This document shows positions 51,035-61,829 of a stretch of DNA of 64,000 bases, in pieces. How positions within the stretch are numbered: position 1 is the first letter of the stretch; the number at the start of each line of letters is the position of its first letter. The notes beneath the pieces were generated by a model. It ran no database searches and was not told the origin of the DNA. It was given only the letters and a program-made list of their open reading frames with translations. This DNA comes from Narcine bancroftii (taxonomy: Eukaryota), in NCBI RefSeq assembly GCF_036971445.1, contig NC_091479.1:99882001-99946000 (forward strand), read 5' to 3'. A program made the position numbers and the translations under genes.

Positions 51035-51375
51035 TACCAAAAAGTGCTGGAGAAACTCAGCAGGTCCCTCAGCGTCCATAGAAGGCAGAGATATTACACC
51101 CAACGTTTCGGGCCTGAGCCCTTTGTCAAGGTATGAAGGCAGGCACCTGAATAAAAAGGTGAGGGGGGGGGCGGAGAGAAGAAGGGACGGGGAGGAGGAG
51201 TGGAGGTCCATAGGCAAGAACGTGGATAAGAGGACAGGAGAGGAAGGCTGAGAATTGATCAGGGGAGGGGGATGTCTCAGTGAATGTAGAGCTGGGGGAA
51301 AGAAGACAGAGGGCTGGGGAAAGAGAGAGATGATAGAAAAAGAGAAAGAGGAAGGACAAAGTGCAGGGAATACAG
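51035..51375 (-). mobile_element. Penelope-like pseudo-LTR fragment
   Basis: Reverse complement of the same terminal motif family (gctggagaaactcagcaggtc...acgtttcgggcctgagccctttgtcaaggta). Confidence 0.8.
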
Positions 51376-51959
51376 TTAAACAGCGCAAGTGCTTCATCTT
51401 TTACCAATGAGAGGCCCATTTAAGAACGTGATCACAGCAGAAAAGAAATCTGGAATCTAAAATTCTGCCCTAGTTCTTCACAGATTGTAGATTGACAGCC
51501 GCAAGTGCAGTTTGTACCTTTTTAATTCGGTGACAACATTGGGACCTGGTCATTGCCGGACCACAGAAAATGCTGGAAAACAGAAATTGACCCCTAAGAG
51601 AACCCCCTATCTAAACATATCAAAAGGTAGGACAAAGCTTAAAACAGGAGGTCGTACTGTGGGCCGGCACAGTAGCATAACACCTTTACAGCGCCAGTGA
51701 TTGGGACCAGGGTTCGAATCTCGTGCTGTCTATAAGGAGTTTGTACTAACGGGGTCAGATTCAAATGTGCCGGGCCATGGGAGTTGCCAGACGACAGATG
51801 CCGGAAAGGAGAGGAATAACCTGTACCTGTACATAGAAGAGGAAATGGCATTTAGACTTGAAGGGCCGACATGGCCTGTTTCCGTGCTGTAAACGGTTAT
51901 ATGGTTATAGTTATATGGTTATGAACAGCCCATACAAACATTAGGTTACAGATTCCTTC

Positions 51960-52362
51960 AGTTCATTACCAACCAAGCGCCATAATTACCGGTAGGGTAA
52001 CTCGTGCAATCATCCCAAAGTTTATCACGCCACCATATCTTATGTAAGCTAGACCGTATGAATTTACTTCACAATAATTACTGTATCCCCGAACGGGTAT
52101 TAATACTGTGTCTACTGTAAAATTACGAGTCTGAACACAAAACTTCGTCTGCTTGCTGTTCACAGATGTAAATGGTCACAGGAAGGAAAACAGCTTGGCC
52201 GAACTTCATAAACATTATATTACCCTGATAGTGAGTCAGTACTGGGTATATCACACCATCATTCCTTCTATATGATAAGCGAGGCCGATATGCATTTATA
52301 CTGCTTCACTGTAAATAATGTATCTCTGAATGAGTACTTCGTTAACTATGGTATGTTAAATT
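51960..52362. repeat. Diverged direct repeat pair (about 160 bp each) of unknown origin
   Basis: Collinear blocks align between about 51960-52124 and about 52203-52362; see findings. Confidence 0.75.
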
Positions 52363-52364
52363 TT

Positions 52365-52620
52365 AAATAAATTTAATTTTTTGTTAAATTAGATATACAG
52401 CATGGTAACAGGCCCTTTCAGCCCACAAATCCATTCCATCCTAGTGAACTACACCCGTGGTACGTTTTGAACGGTGGGAGGAAACCAGAGCCCCTGGAGG
52501 AAACCCACGTAGACAAGGGGTGAAACGTACAAACTCCTTGCAGACAGCGCGGGATTTGAACCCAGATTCTGATCACTGGCGCTGTAACAGCATTTCACTA
52601 CTCGCTACGCCAACCCTGCC
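52365..52620 (-). mobile_element. V-SINE (HE1-like)
   Basis: Reverse-complement family match with an AT-rich tail at the left end. Confidence 0.83.
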
Positions 52621-53014
52621 GGCCTTCACAGTGCAACTCTTCACAGATGTTAACACAGCTATGGATGGCAGCTGGGCCAATTCAGCTGAAAAGCATTGGT
52701 GCGAATTTCAGCCCCTCAAAAGTAGTATCCATCTAATAGATAGCCCATTAAAAAGTGTAGAAAATTTGATTTTTACATAAGTAAATACAGTATATGGAAC
52801 AAGCTTCCAGAGGAAGTGGCCAAGGTGGGTACAACTGTAATATTTAGAAGGCAGTGAGGCTTGTACACAGACAGGAAAGGATTAGAGAGGTATGGACCGA
52901 ATGCAGGAAAAGGGTGGACCACTTAGTCAGCATGGACAAGTTGGGCTGAATAGTCTGTTTCCCAGCTGCAAAACTCAGTGACTCTAAAGGCTGGAAGGCC
53001 TCAGGCAGTTAAAT

Positions 53015-53435
53015 AGCATCCTGGGCACCCTCCAACAGGACGCATTAACATGGACTTCTCCGGTTCTGTTAGCCTTACCCTTCACATACTCTCCCCATCT
53101 TTCTCTGCATCTCTTTTTCCCCAGCTGTCTCTCCCCTTTTCCTTCTGCCTGCTTCCACAGAGCCAAAATCAACGCCCCTCCCTCAATCAATCTCTCTTTC
53201 CTCTCTCCTGTTATCCTATCTATATCCAATTAAAACCTATTGTCCGTTGATTTATACTTCTCTTGTCACCACCTTTTAATACAGGAACCTGTCTGTTTTT
53301 AACTCGTACCTTGAAAAGGGACTCAGGCCCGAAACATCGGTTATCTCCTATGGATGCTGTGAGACCTGCTGAGATCCTCCAGCATTTCTGTGTTTTTGCT
53401 ACAATCACAGTGCCTGCAGATTTTCCTGTTTCACC
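53015..53435 (+). mobile_element. Penelope-like element 3' end
   Basis: ctgggcaccctccaacaggacgcattaacatggacttc (LGTLQ..INMDF), then the terminal motif and acctgctgagatcctccagcatttctgtg. Confidence 0.82.
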
Positions 53436-54476
53436 CCCGTGGAAAATCAGTTTGAAGGCCCTTTGTCAGAATGAGAGAGGGGGAATGAGTTTCCCAAGTT
53501 ACAGAGAAGGTGGGGGAGGGTAGTGGGTGTCAAAAGGGAATGCCTTTAATATGATGGAACCATAGATAGACAAACTCCTTTGTCTGAGCAATGCGAAAGA
53601 TGGAGGATAGAGATTCAAGACTCCTCTATTATCCTGAACTAATGCACAAAATTCGGCAACATTTGCCTGCCATAAAGTCACACAAAAGGGTGCCACTAGT
53701 ACTGCCCGGCATCCCCAACAATAGGAGAAAGAGAACCAGAAGAGAGTCCCTTCAGAGACAGCAAGTGTCCGTGGATTTGCCTCCTTTATTCCCACAGTCC
53801 CTGCAGCCACATAGGCCTCCTGTCCGTTCCAATAGTGACCCTGAGCTCCCACTTTCGAACCTCCGACGTGATCAGGATGCCGTCAGTGCCCAAGACTCTT
53901 TCAGGATCCCTTTTGGCCCTCAGCACCCCTCTCGGCTCCCAGATCCAATGCCCTCTTGCCAAGAGCCTGTTGATGTTTGTCACTGCCGCAACGTTCCTTC
54001 CTATTACTGTCGGACTATTACTTCCTCGCCAATCAGGCAACACACAATCTCAAGCCATCAGAAAATTCATTTATCCGGCATCCACCATTTGCCAGAGGTG
54101 CCGGATACCAGGGGTTCTACTAGAATTCTGACAGCTGTGGGGCTCATCTCTGAGTCAAGAAATTCAAGCGTGAGCAAAAATACTGCCCAGAAAAATAATC
54201 CCTGCCTCTCCTGTCAAATAATCCCTGCCTCTCTCTATTGGACGCAAGGGTTCCACGGCCCTTGACTGAGTGAGGAGAGATTTTCCTGCGGTCCTGACTG
54301 CCACTTCCCTGTCTCTAGCATCCTACGTGCTGGTCAAAGGGATTGGAAGTGATAGGTCCCCAATGGTGAATTTGATAGGCTGAAGAGCTCGATGACTTTA
54401 TGACCATGACAAAATATGCAGTCATTAGTGAATTGCTCTTCAGGGAGTTCCTGTGGCCATAACTAACTGCTTTGTA

Positions 54477-55134
54477 CAGTAAAATTAAAATTCCCAGCAT
54501 CTGGAATTCAAGCAAAAAGAAATTTTTTAAAAATCGAGGAATAAATAAAACAATTAAAATAAATAAATAAAAATGTAGAATTGTAAAAGTAAATGTTCTC
54601 CGAAGTAACGCAGCCCCCTTGGTGAAGATGAGAGTCCTGGCCATGTCCTGCCCACAGCAGCTGTTTGAATAAAGTTGTGTTTGAATAAAATGGTGAAGAG
54701 CTCGCCACTGGGGCAACTCTCCCAAAGAGTCTCCCTATCGCTGCCTAATAACAGTCTTTATCTTTATTAGTATTAGGTATATTTAGTAAGTCTTTATCTC
54801 TAAATTTGGGGGAGGGGGGATTCATTATGACAGTTGGTGTAGTAGTTAACGCAATGCTGTTACAGCGCCAGCGACCAGGGTTCGAATTTAAATTTAAATT
54901 TTGTAAGTTACCGGAATTACCTGCTTAAAGTGAACTTTACATAATTAAGGACTAAATACTGATTTTTTTTTCAAATTACTTTTACGTCTTGCACTGTCTT
55001 TTGTCTTTTAAACCGTTTATTCGTATCGCAGGTGTATTAGTTCGGCATTGCAAGAGTGTGTGTCAGGCAACCGGAACATTTGCATATCCGGCATCCGCAA
55101 TCCCCGTAGGTGCCAGATGCTGGGGATTTTACTG
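54477..55134. mobile_element. Tc1/mariner (pogo/Tigger-like) non-autonomous element with a SINE head inserted at about 54830-54895
   Basis: TA|cagtaaaa...cccagcatctgg and ccagatgctggggattttactg|TA. Shorter relatives at about 22125-22330, 25800-26017, 36480-36642 and 54025-54120. Confidence 0.75.
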
Positions 55135-56899
55135 TATGTCACAACAATGACAGGAGACCAATTGGCCATGAAGCAATTTGAGAAATCCTGTCAAGGATGT
55201 TGGCGACACTGCACAAATGCAAGTCTCGGTTGCCATTTGCTAGCTTGGAGTGAACGGGCTGCCACCATTGGCTGCAGATCAAGGGGGCCAGTCAGACCAA
55301 AGGTGAGTACAAGGCAGAGGCGGCAAGCTGCAGCCACTTTGTGCACTTAATCCATGCCAGCTTGTTAGGGCTCCTTCGACAAACCACAGTGCGTTCCTGT
55401 CAGCAGGCAAAAACAGATCACGCATTGTGCACACAGAAACTATCCCAATTAATGTGTGAGCACAGGTTGTCACACACTGAAAATAAGGATTTATTGTTGA
55501 AAGAGATATCTGTCCGGTTGGTTCAGGCAGCTAAATGTGAAAGTCTCTTGGGACCAACACAATTCCAAAAACTAAGCAGACACACACACTAGCCACTTCT
55601 TAATGGAGGAGATAGGACATTGCCGCACACTACCTCAATCCAATCTGCCCCTTCCTCACGCCTAGCTAAAACCCCCATCCCAGCCTTTGTTAGCCATGGT
55701 CAGGGCTATTCTAATGCTCCCACTCCACCACTCCACACCCCCTCTTGCGACACCCCACCTCCCCATAATCCCTCAATTACTACTTGACTCACACACAAAT
55801 AAAATAGTATGCAGAAAAGATATTACATAAATAGAACCAATTAGATTTTTTTTATGCAGAGAGTGGTGGGTGCCTGGAATGCATTGCCGGGGGTGGTGGT
55901 GGAAGCTGGTACAATAGGGTCATTTCAAAGGCGCTTAAACAGGATCATGAATGCAAGAAAAATAGAAGGTTTTGGGAAGGTTTAAATTGTGGTCTAATCC
56001 TAGTAGGCAGTGGACACAGCCCAGGACATCACAGGCAAAATATTGAGTACATCTACGGGGAACGCTGCCATCAGAGAGCAGCAGCAAACTCTCACATGTG
56101 CAATTTATTGATTTTTTTTTCTCTCGGTATTGCAATTTGTTTACATTTCTTTATTTATTTACATGTGCATGTTGAGTAGTTTTTTTTGGACTGCCAATTG
56201 TCTGGCCTGCAGGAAAAGGGATCTCAGGGTTGTATGTAATGTCATGCATGTACTCTGACAATAAATCTGAAACCCTATCATCGTATGGCACCCCCTGTCA
56301 CCCTGGTCACAACCTCTTCCCACTGCTGCCTTCAGCAAGAAGTGTCGGCAGAATTTACACAGCACAGGAACAGACCCTTCAGCACAGTGACCAACATCAA
56401 CCCCTTTACACTAATCTTACATTAATCCTTCCTGCTTTTTAATTCTCCCTACATTCCCATCAACTGTCCCAAGATTCTACCACTCATCAAAACCTAGGAA
56501 ATTTCCAGTGGTAATTTGACCAATCGACTCACACTTCTTTTGCATGTGGGGTGAATCCAGAACACCCGGATGTGGTCACATTTGCTGCAAACTTCCACTT
56601 GCTTCTCCTAAACCTCCAAATTAATTTTTTTCCAACCCTCCCTACGTCTCTCTCCGGTGAGAAGTTAAAGGTGGTTCATGGGTACCTGGCTGTCCTTGTA
56701 CACAAATCACAGAGTCGACACACATACACAAACAGTAAACAATAGCTTGCAATAGAGAGAGTACAATAAATATTCCCCAGGTCGATTCCTAGAAAAGAGA
56801 GGGTTTTCTGTAAGGGGATATTAAGAGCTTATAATATCTAGAATGCAGAAGAATGAGCAGAAACCTCGAGAAGCATACAAAATGCCTTTGAAATGGCAC

Positions 56900-57240
56900 A
56901 GTTAAAACGCAGAGATGCTGGAGGAACTCAGCAGGTCCCGCAGCGTCCACAGGAGGTAAAAACACCAGGCCTGAGTCCTTCTTCAAGGTGTGAATGAAAA
57001 GCAGCCAGGCATCTGAATTACAAGGCTGGGCACAAGGGAAGAAAGGGCAGGGGGATGGAGTACAGGCTAACAGACCAAAGGTGAGAATTGGACATGGGTA
57101 GAAAGGCAGGAGAGGGAAAAGGTACGAATTGATCTGGGGAAGGGGGTTGGCTCTGTGAATGCAGAGCTGGAGAGAAGGAGACAGGAGAATGAGGAAAAGG
57201 ACGAGGGGGGGCGGTTGCTAATGGCGGAGGTGGGGGGGGG
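56900..57240 (-). mobile_element. Penelope-like pseudo-LTR fragment
   Basis: atgctggaggaactcagcaggtcccgcagcgtcc...ggcctgagtccttcttcaaggtg; same family. Confidence 0.78.
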
Positions 57241-57640
57241 TACTTTTGGGGCAGGGGCAAGCGCGGAGTCGGAACACTTTCAGGGCTGGGAGAGCAACGT
57301 GGAGTTGGAGGCAGGGGGAACACTGTTGGGGCGGGGGGGTGGATTGCTGTCGAGGCCGCTGTCAGGCTGGTGGGAAGTGGAGTGGGCTGTCAGGGGAGTG
57401 GAGTGGGCCTGCGGGGAACGGAGTTGGGGTAGGAGCAATGGCTGTCCTTCTTACCCATAATGCCCCATATTGCTGGAACGGCTCTGGCCATTGCATGCAA
57501 GCACTGACATCATTTTCTACCCGGGCAGCCACGATCGCTAACAAATTGACCAACAGCAGGCCAGGTGTGTGCACACCGGTATACAATCCACCTCCGAGGG
57601 GGTTTGTTGACCCGTACAGTTTTTTAAAAATTCTACCCAC

Positions 57641-60600
57641 AAGATATGTTATGATAAAATGTCAGATATATTCAGAGCTTTGGAATCTACTTAATATATA
57701 TTCACCTAACGAAGAAGATCAAAAGTTTATGCAAGATATCTTTTTGAAGGTAGCTAATACGCAAGGGAACATACTAATAGGAGGGGATTTCAATCTGAAT
57801 TTGGATCCAAATATGGATAAAACGGGGAAAAAAATTAACAGGAAGAACAAAGTAACCAAATTTATAATTAAATCAATGCAAGAAATGAAACTTGTGGACA
57901 TATGGAGGAAACAAAACCCAAAAGAAAAGGAATACTCATACTACTCGACTAGACATAAAACATACTCAAGGATAGACCTATTCCTGTTATCAGCCCACAT
58001 ACAAGGGAGAGTTAGGAAAACGGAATATAAAGCTAGACTATTATCGGACCACTCACCCCTGTTATTGGCAATAGAGCTAGAAGACATCCCTCCAAGAATG
58101 TATAGATGGAGATTAAACCCCATGCTACTTAAAAGACAGGATTTTAGAGAATTTATTGAAAAACAATTAAAAATGTACTTTGAAGTAAATACGGAATCAG
58201 TGGAAGATAAGTTTATACTATGGGATGCAATGAAAGCATTCATTAGAGGGCAAATAATAAGTTATGCAACCAAGATGAAGAAGGACTATAATCAGGAAAC
58301 AGAGCAGTTGGAAAGGGAAATAATAAACATAGAAAAAAAATTAGCAATAAAGGAAGATACAACCAAAAGAAGAGAATTGGCGGATAAAAAAATAAAATAT
58401 GAAACATTACAAACATATAAGGTGGAGAAGAATATAATGAAGACAAAACAGAAATATTATGAACTAGGGGAAAAAACACACAAAATCCTAGCATGGCAGC
58501 TTAAGACAGAGCAAACTAAGAAAATGGTATTGGCAACAAGGAAAAAAGACAAACAAATTACATATAATCCAAAAGAAATTAAGGAAAACTTCAGAGAATT
58601 CTATGAACAATTATACCGAACCGAAAATGAAGGGAAAGAAGGGAAAATAGATGAATTTTTGACTAAAATTGAACTACCAAAACTACAAATAGAGGAACAA
58701 AATAAATTAACAGAACCATTTGGAACAGTAGAAATACAAGAGATAATAAAAAATTTACCAAATAATAAGACATCAGGAGAGGATGGACTCCCAATAGAAT
58801 TCTACAAAACATTTAAAGACCTAATAATACCGCCCCTCCTGGATGTAATCAACCAGATTGATGAGACACAAAACTTACCAGATTCATGTAAAACAGCAAT
58901 AATTACAGTGATACTAAAACAAGGGAAAGATCCACTCTCACCAGCGTCATATAGACCAATATCTTTGCTAAACACAGATTATAAGATAATAGCTAAACTA
59001 TTAGCGAACAGATTAGCAGAACAGGTACCGAAAATGGTAAATTTAGACCAAACTGGATTTATCAAAAAAAGACGCACAACAGACAATATTTGTAAATTTA
59101 TTAACTTAATTCATGCAGTAGAAGGAAATAAAGCACCGGCAGTAGCAGTTGCTTTAGACGCAGAGAAGGCCTTCGACAGAGTAGAATGGAATTACTTGTT
59201 CAAAGTATTGCAAAAATTCAGTTTACCGGAGAAGTATATTAATTGGATTAAAGCATTATATAAGGGACCGTTAGCGAAAGTGACAGTAAATGGACATGTA
59301 TCAAAGCAATTTAACTTAAGCAGGTCAACGCGGCAGGGATGCCCACTATCACCATTATTGTTTGCGCTAGCTATAGAACCACTAGCAGAATCGATAAGAA
59401 GAGATAATAATATAAAAGGAATAAAAATAAAAGACAGGGAATATAAAATCAGTCTGTTTGCGGATGATGTGATAGTGTACTTAACAGAACCAGAACTATC
59501 AATAAAAGAACTATATAAGAAATTGAAGGAATATGGAGAAGTGTCGGGATACAAGATAAACGTAAATAAAAGTGAAGCAATGCCTATGAATAACGCGGAT
59601 TTCTCAAAATTTAAGGAGGAATCCCCATTCAGATGGCAAACGCAGGCAATAAGATACCTAGGTGTGCAAATAAACAAAAATCTAGGCCAATTATATAAAC
59701 TCAATTACAATCCCCTAATGAAAAAATTACAGGACGATTTAGAGCATTGGAAAGAGCTACCACTAACACTGATAGGAAGGATAAACTGTATTAAAATGAA
59801 CATTTTTCCAAGGATACTATACTTATTTCAGGCATTGCCAATACAACTGACAGAAAAATTCTTCAAAGAGTTAAAGAAAATAATAAGGAGATTTTTATGG
59901 AGAGGGGGGAAACCGAGGATAGCACTAGATAAATTAACAGAATGGTATAAACAAGGAGGCTTACAATTGCCAAACTTCAAAAATTATTATAGAGCCGCAC
60001 AATTAAGGTACCTATCAGATTTTTATCAAACAAGGGAAAAACCAGACTGGACGAGACTAGAATTAGATAAAATAGGGGAAAAGATACCTGAACACATATT
60101 ATATAAATGGGACGAAAAATTGGTACAACATAGAACTTCTCCAGTATTACACCATCTCCTCAATATATGGAAGAAGATTCATGTAGAAAGAAATAAAATA
60201 AATTACCAAATACCAAAACTAATATTGACGCAAAATAAGCTACTCCCTTTTACAATAGACAACCTTGCCTTTAGAAAATGGGAAAAAAAAGGGATTAAAA
60301 GAATAGAAAATTGTTTTTCAGGAAGTAGATTCTTATCCTTTGAACAAATGAGAGATAAGTACAATATAACTGGAGATACAGCGCTGGCATATTACCAACT
60401 GAGATCCTACTTGAAAGATAAATTAGGAAGCAACTTGAGTTTACCAGAGGGAAGTAACCTTGAATATGTGATTACAGATACAATGTTAATCAAAAGATTT
60501 ATAAAAAATATGTATATTAAACTGCAAGAAAAGGAAAATGAGGAAACAAATGGTAAAACTAAACAAAAATGGGAACAAGATTTAAATATAAAGATAAAAA

Positions 60601-61431
60601 AGGAAACATGGGAGAAGTTATGCTCTGGAACGATGAGAAATACAATAAATACGAGGCTGCGTATGATACAATATAATTGGTTACACAGACTATACATTAC
60701 ACCGCAAAAGTTAAATAAATGGGACCCAACAGTATCTGATAGATGTTTTCGATGTAAAAAAGAAAGGGGAACAACAATTCATGCAATCTGGACATGTGAG
60801 AGAGTAGAAAAATTTTGGGATGATCTCAATCAGATATTAAATAAAATAACAGAAAACAATATACCAAAGAATCCAGAGATCTTTCTCCTAAGTAACATAA
60901 AAAATAAAGAATTTGGAATTGACTTGGAGGATGCACAAAAAAGATTTGTTAAGATAGCCCTAGCTGTAGCAAAAAAATGTATTATGTCAACCTGGAAATT
61001 GGAAGATAATTTGAAAATACAACAATGGTATATAGAAATGAATAAATGTATTCCATTAGAAAAAATAACATATAGTTTAAGAAATAATATTGAAATATTC
61101 GAACAAGTATGGGAGCCTTACATTAAATACAATAGCGAAAACCTACCGGGAACAAACATTACCTAAGTTGATGGAAGGAGAAGAAAAGAAAAGAATGGAC
61201 TCAGTAGAATTTCTGGTGTATTTTTGTTGAATGACAACATTGTCTAACTGAATTAATGCAACCTAGATTGTATAACTAAAATGGATGAGAGGGGGGGGGA
61301 TGGGGGGGTGGCTTGGGAGGAGGGAGGGGGGAGGGAGAAAAAGTCACTGTAAATGTGTGGAAAAGAAAAAGTGTATATCATGGCTATTGTGATTTATGGT
61401 GTGAAAAATAAAAAATTTAAAAAAAAAAAAA
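57641..61431 (+). mobile_element. L1-clade LINE, 5'-truncated, young
   Basis: Uninterrupted ORF2, G-rich 3' UTR, AATAAA and poly(A) tail. Perfect TSD aaaaattctacccac at 57626-57640 and 61432-61446, at a TTTT|AAAA target. Confidence 0.96.
57651..61166 (+). CDS. L1 ORF2 (partial APE endonuclease, reverse transcriptase, CCHC zinc knuckle)
   Basis: Endonuclease motifs NIYSPN, GGDFN, SRID, SDH. RT motifs YRPISLLN, DAEKAFD, RQGCPLSP, LFADD, YLG. C-terminal CFRC-x8-H-x4-C. No stop codons. Confidence 0.93.
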   Translation: MIKCQIYSELWNLLNIYSPNEEDQKFMQDIFLKVANTQGNILIGGDFNLNLDPNMDKTGKKINRKNKVTKFIIKSMQEMKLVDIWRKQNPKEKEYSYYSTRHKTYSRIDLFLLSAHIQGRVRKTEYKARLLSDHSPLLLAIELEDIPPRMYRWRLNPMLLKRQDFREFIEKQLKMYFEVNTESVEDKFILWDAMKAFIRGQIISYATKMKKDYNQETEQLEREIINIEKKLAIKEDTTKRRELADKKIKYETLQTYKVEKNIMKTKQKYYELGEKTHKILAWQLKTEQTKKMVLATRKKDKQITYNPKEIKENFREFYEQLYRTENEGKEGKIDEFLTKIELPKLQIEEQNKLTEPFGTVEIQEIIKNLPNNKTSGEDGLPIEFYKTFKDLIIPPLLDVINQIDETQNLPDSCKTAIITVILKQGKDPLSPASYRPISLLNTDYKIIAKLLANRLAEQVPKMVNLDQTGFIKKRRTTDNICKFINLIHAVEGNKAPAVAVALDAEKAFDRVEWNYLFKVLQKFSLPEKYINWIKALYKGPLAKVTVNGHVSKQFNLSRSTRQGCPLSPLLFALAIEPLAESIRRDNNIKGIKIKDREYKISLFADDVIVYLTEPELSIKELYKKLKEYGEVSGYKINVNKSEAMPMNNADFSKFKEESPFRWQTQAIRYLGVQINKNLGQLYKLNYNPLMKKLQDDLEHWKELPLTLIGRINCIKMNIFPRILYLFQALPIQLTEKFFKELKKIIRRFLWRGGKPRIALDKLTEWYKQGGLQLPNFKNYYRAAQLRYLSDFYQTREKPDWTRLELDKIGEKIPEHILYKWDEKLVQHRTSPVLHHLLNIWKKIHVERNKINYQIPKLILTQNKLLPFTIDNLAFRKWEKKGIKRIENCFSGSRFLSFEQMRDKYNITGDTALAYYQLRSYLKDKLGSNLSLPEGSNLEYVITDTMLIKRFIKNMYIKLQEKENEETNGKTKQKWEQDLNIKIKKETWEKLCSGTMRNTINTRLRMIQYNWLHRLYITPQKLNKWDPTVSDRCFRCKKERGTTIHAIWTCERVEKFWDDLNQILNKITENNIPKNPEIFLLSNIKNKEFGIDLEDAQKRFVKIALAVAKKCIMSTWKLEDNLKIQQWYIEMNKCIPLEKITYSLRNNIEIFEQVWEPYIKYNSENLPGTNIT

Positions 61432-61725
61432 AAAAATTCTACCCACTAATTGGCCTGTACATGGGTATAAAAGCTGTCAAATTGGCAGGTTAAACTCATG
61501 TTACAATCCAATTTGTAAACCTTTAAAACCTGCCTCTTTAATCAAATTGTGACCTTCCCTCACGTCTCCTCTGTGTCTCAGTGACACATTTAGTTTAATC
61601 AGTTTTTTTTCCAAACAATAGGATTTATTCACAACAAATTATTTACAAAACAAAAACTATCAAAAGTCCCTTCACACCCTTAGCATCGTATTCGCACACC
61701 GTCACCTTCATATTTCGATCTACAC

Positions 61726-61829
61726 CAGTGGTTTTCAACCTTTTCCTTTCCATTCACACACCACTTTAAGTTATCCTTAGGCCTAGGCCATCAGTGCTCT
61801 GTGATTAGTAAGGGATTGCTTAAGGTGGG
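61726..61829. mobile_element. Partial copy of the same hAT MITE
   Basis: cagtggttttcaacc...gtgctctgtgattagtaagggattgcttaagg; flanks atctacac and atttacac. Confidence 0.75.

Noticed and set aside
52271-52334. C/D-box snoRNA (ATGATAA...CTGA) in repeat copy B
   Set aside because: Box C is imperfect, the boxes are not preserved in copy A, and it is antisense to the host gene.
53591-54265. 224-aa ORF
   Set aside because: Runs across an unclassified repeat and a Tigger-like MITE in antisense; no protein features.
57719-60697. Minus-strand ORFs inside L1
   Set aside because: Antisense shadows of an A-rich ORF2.
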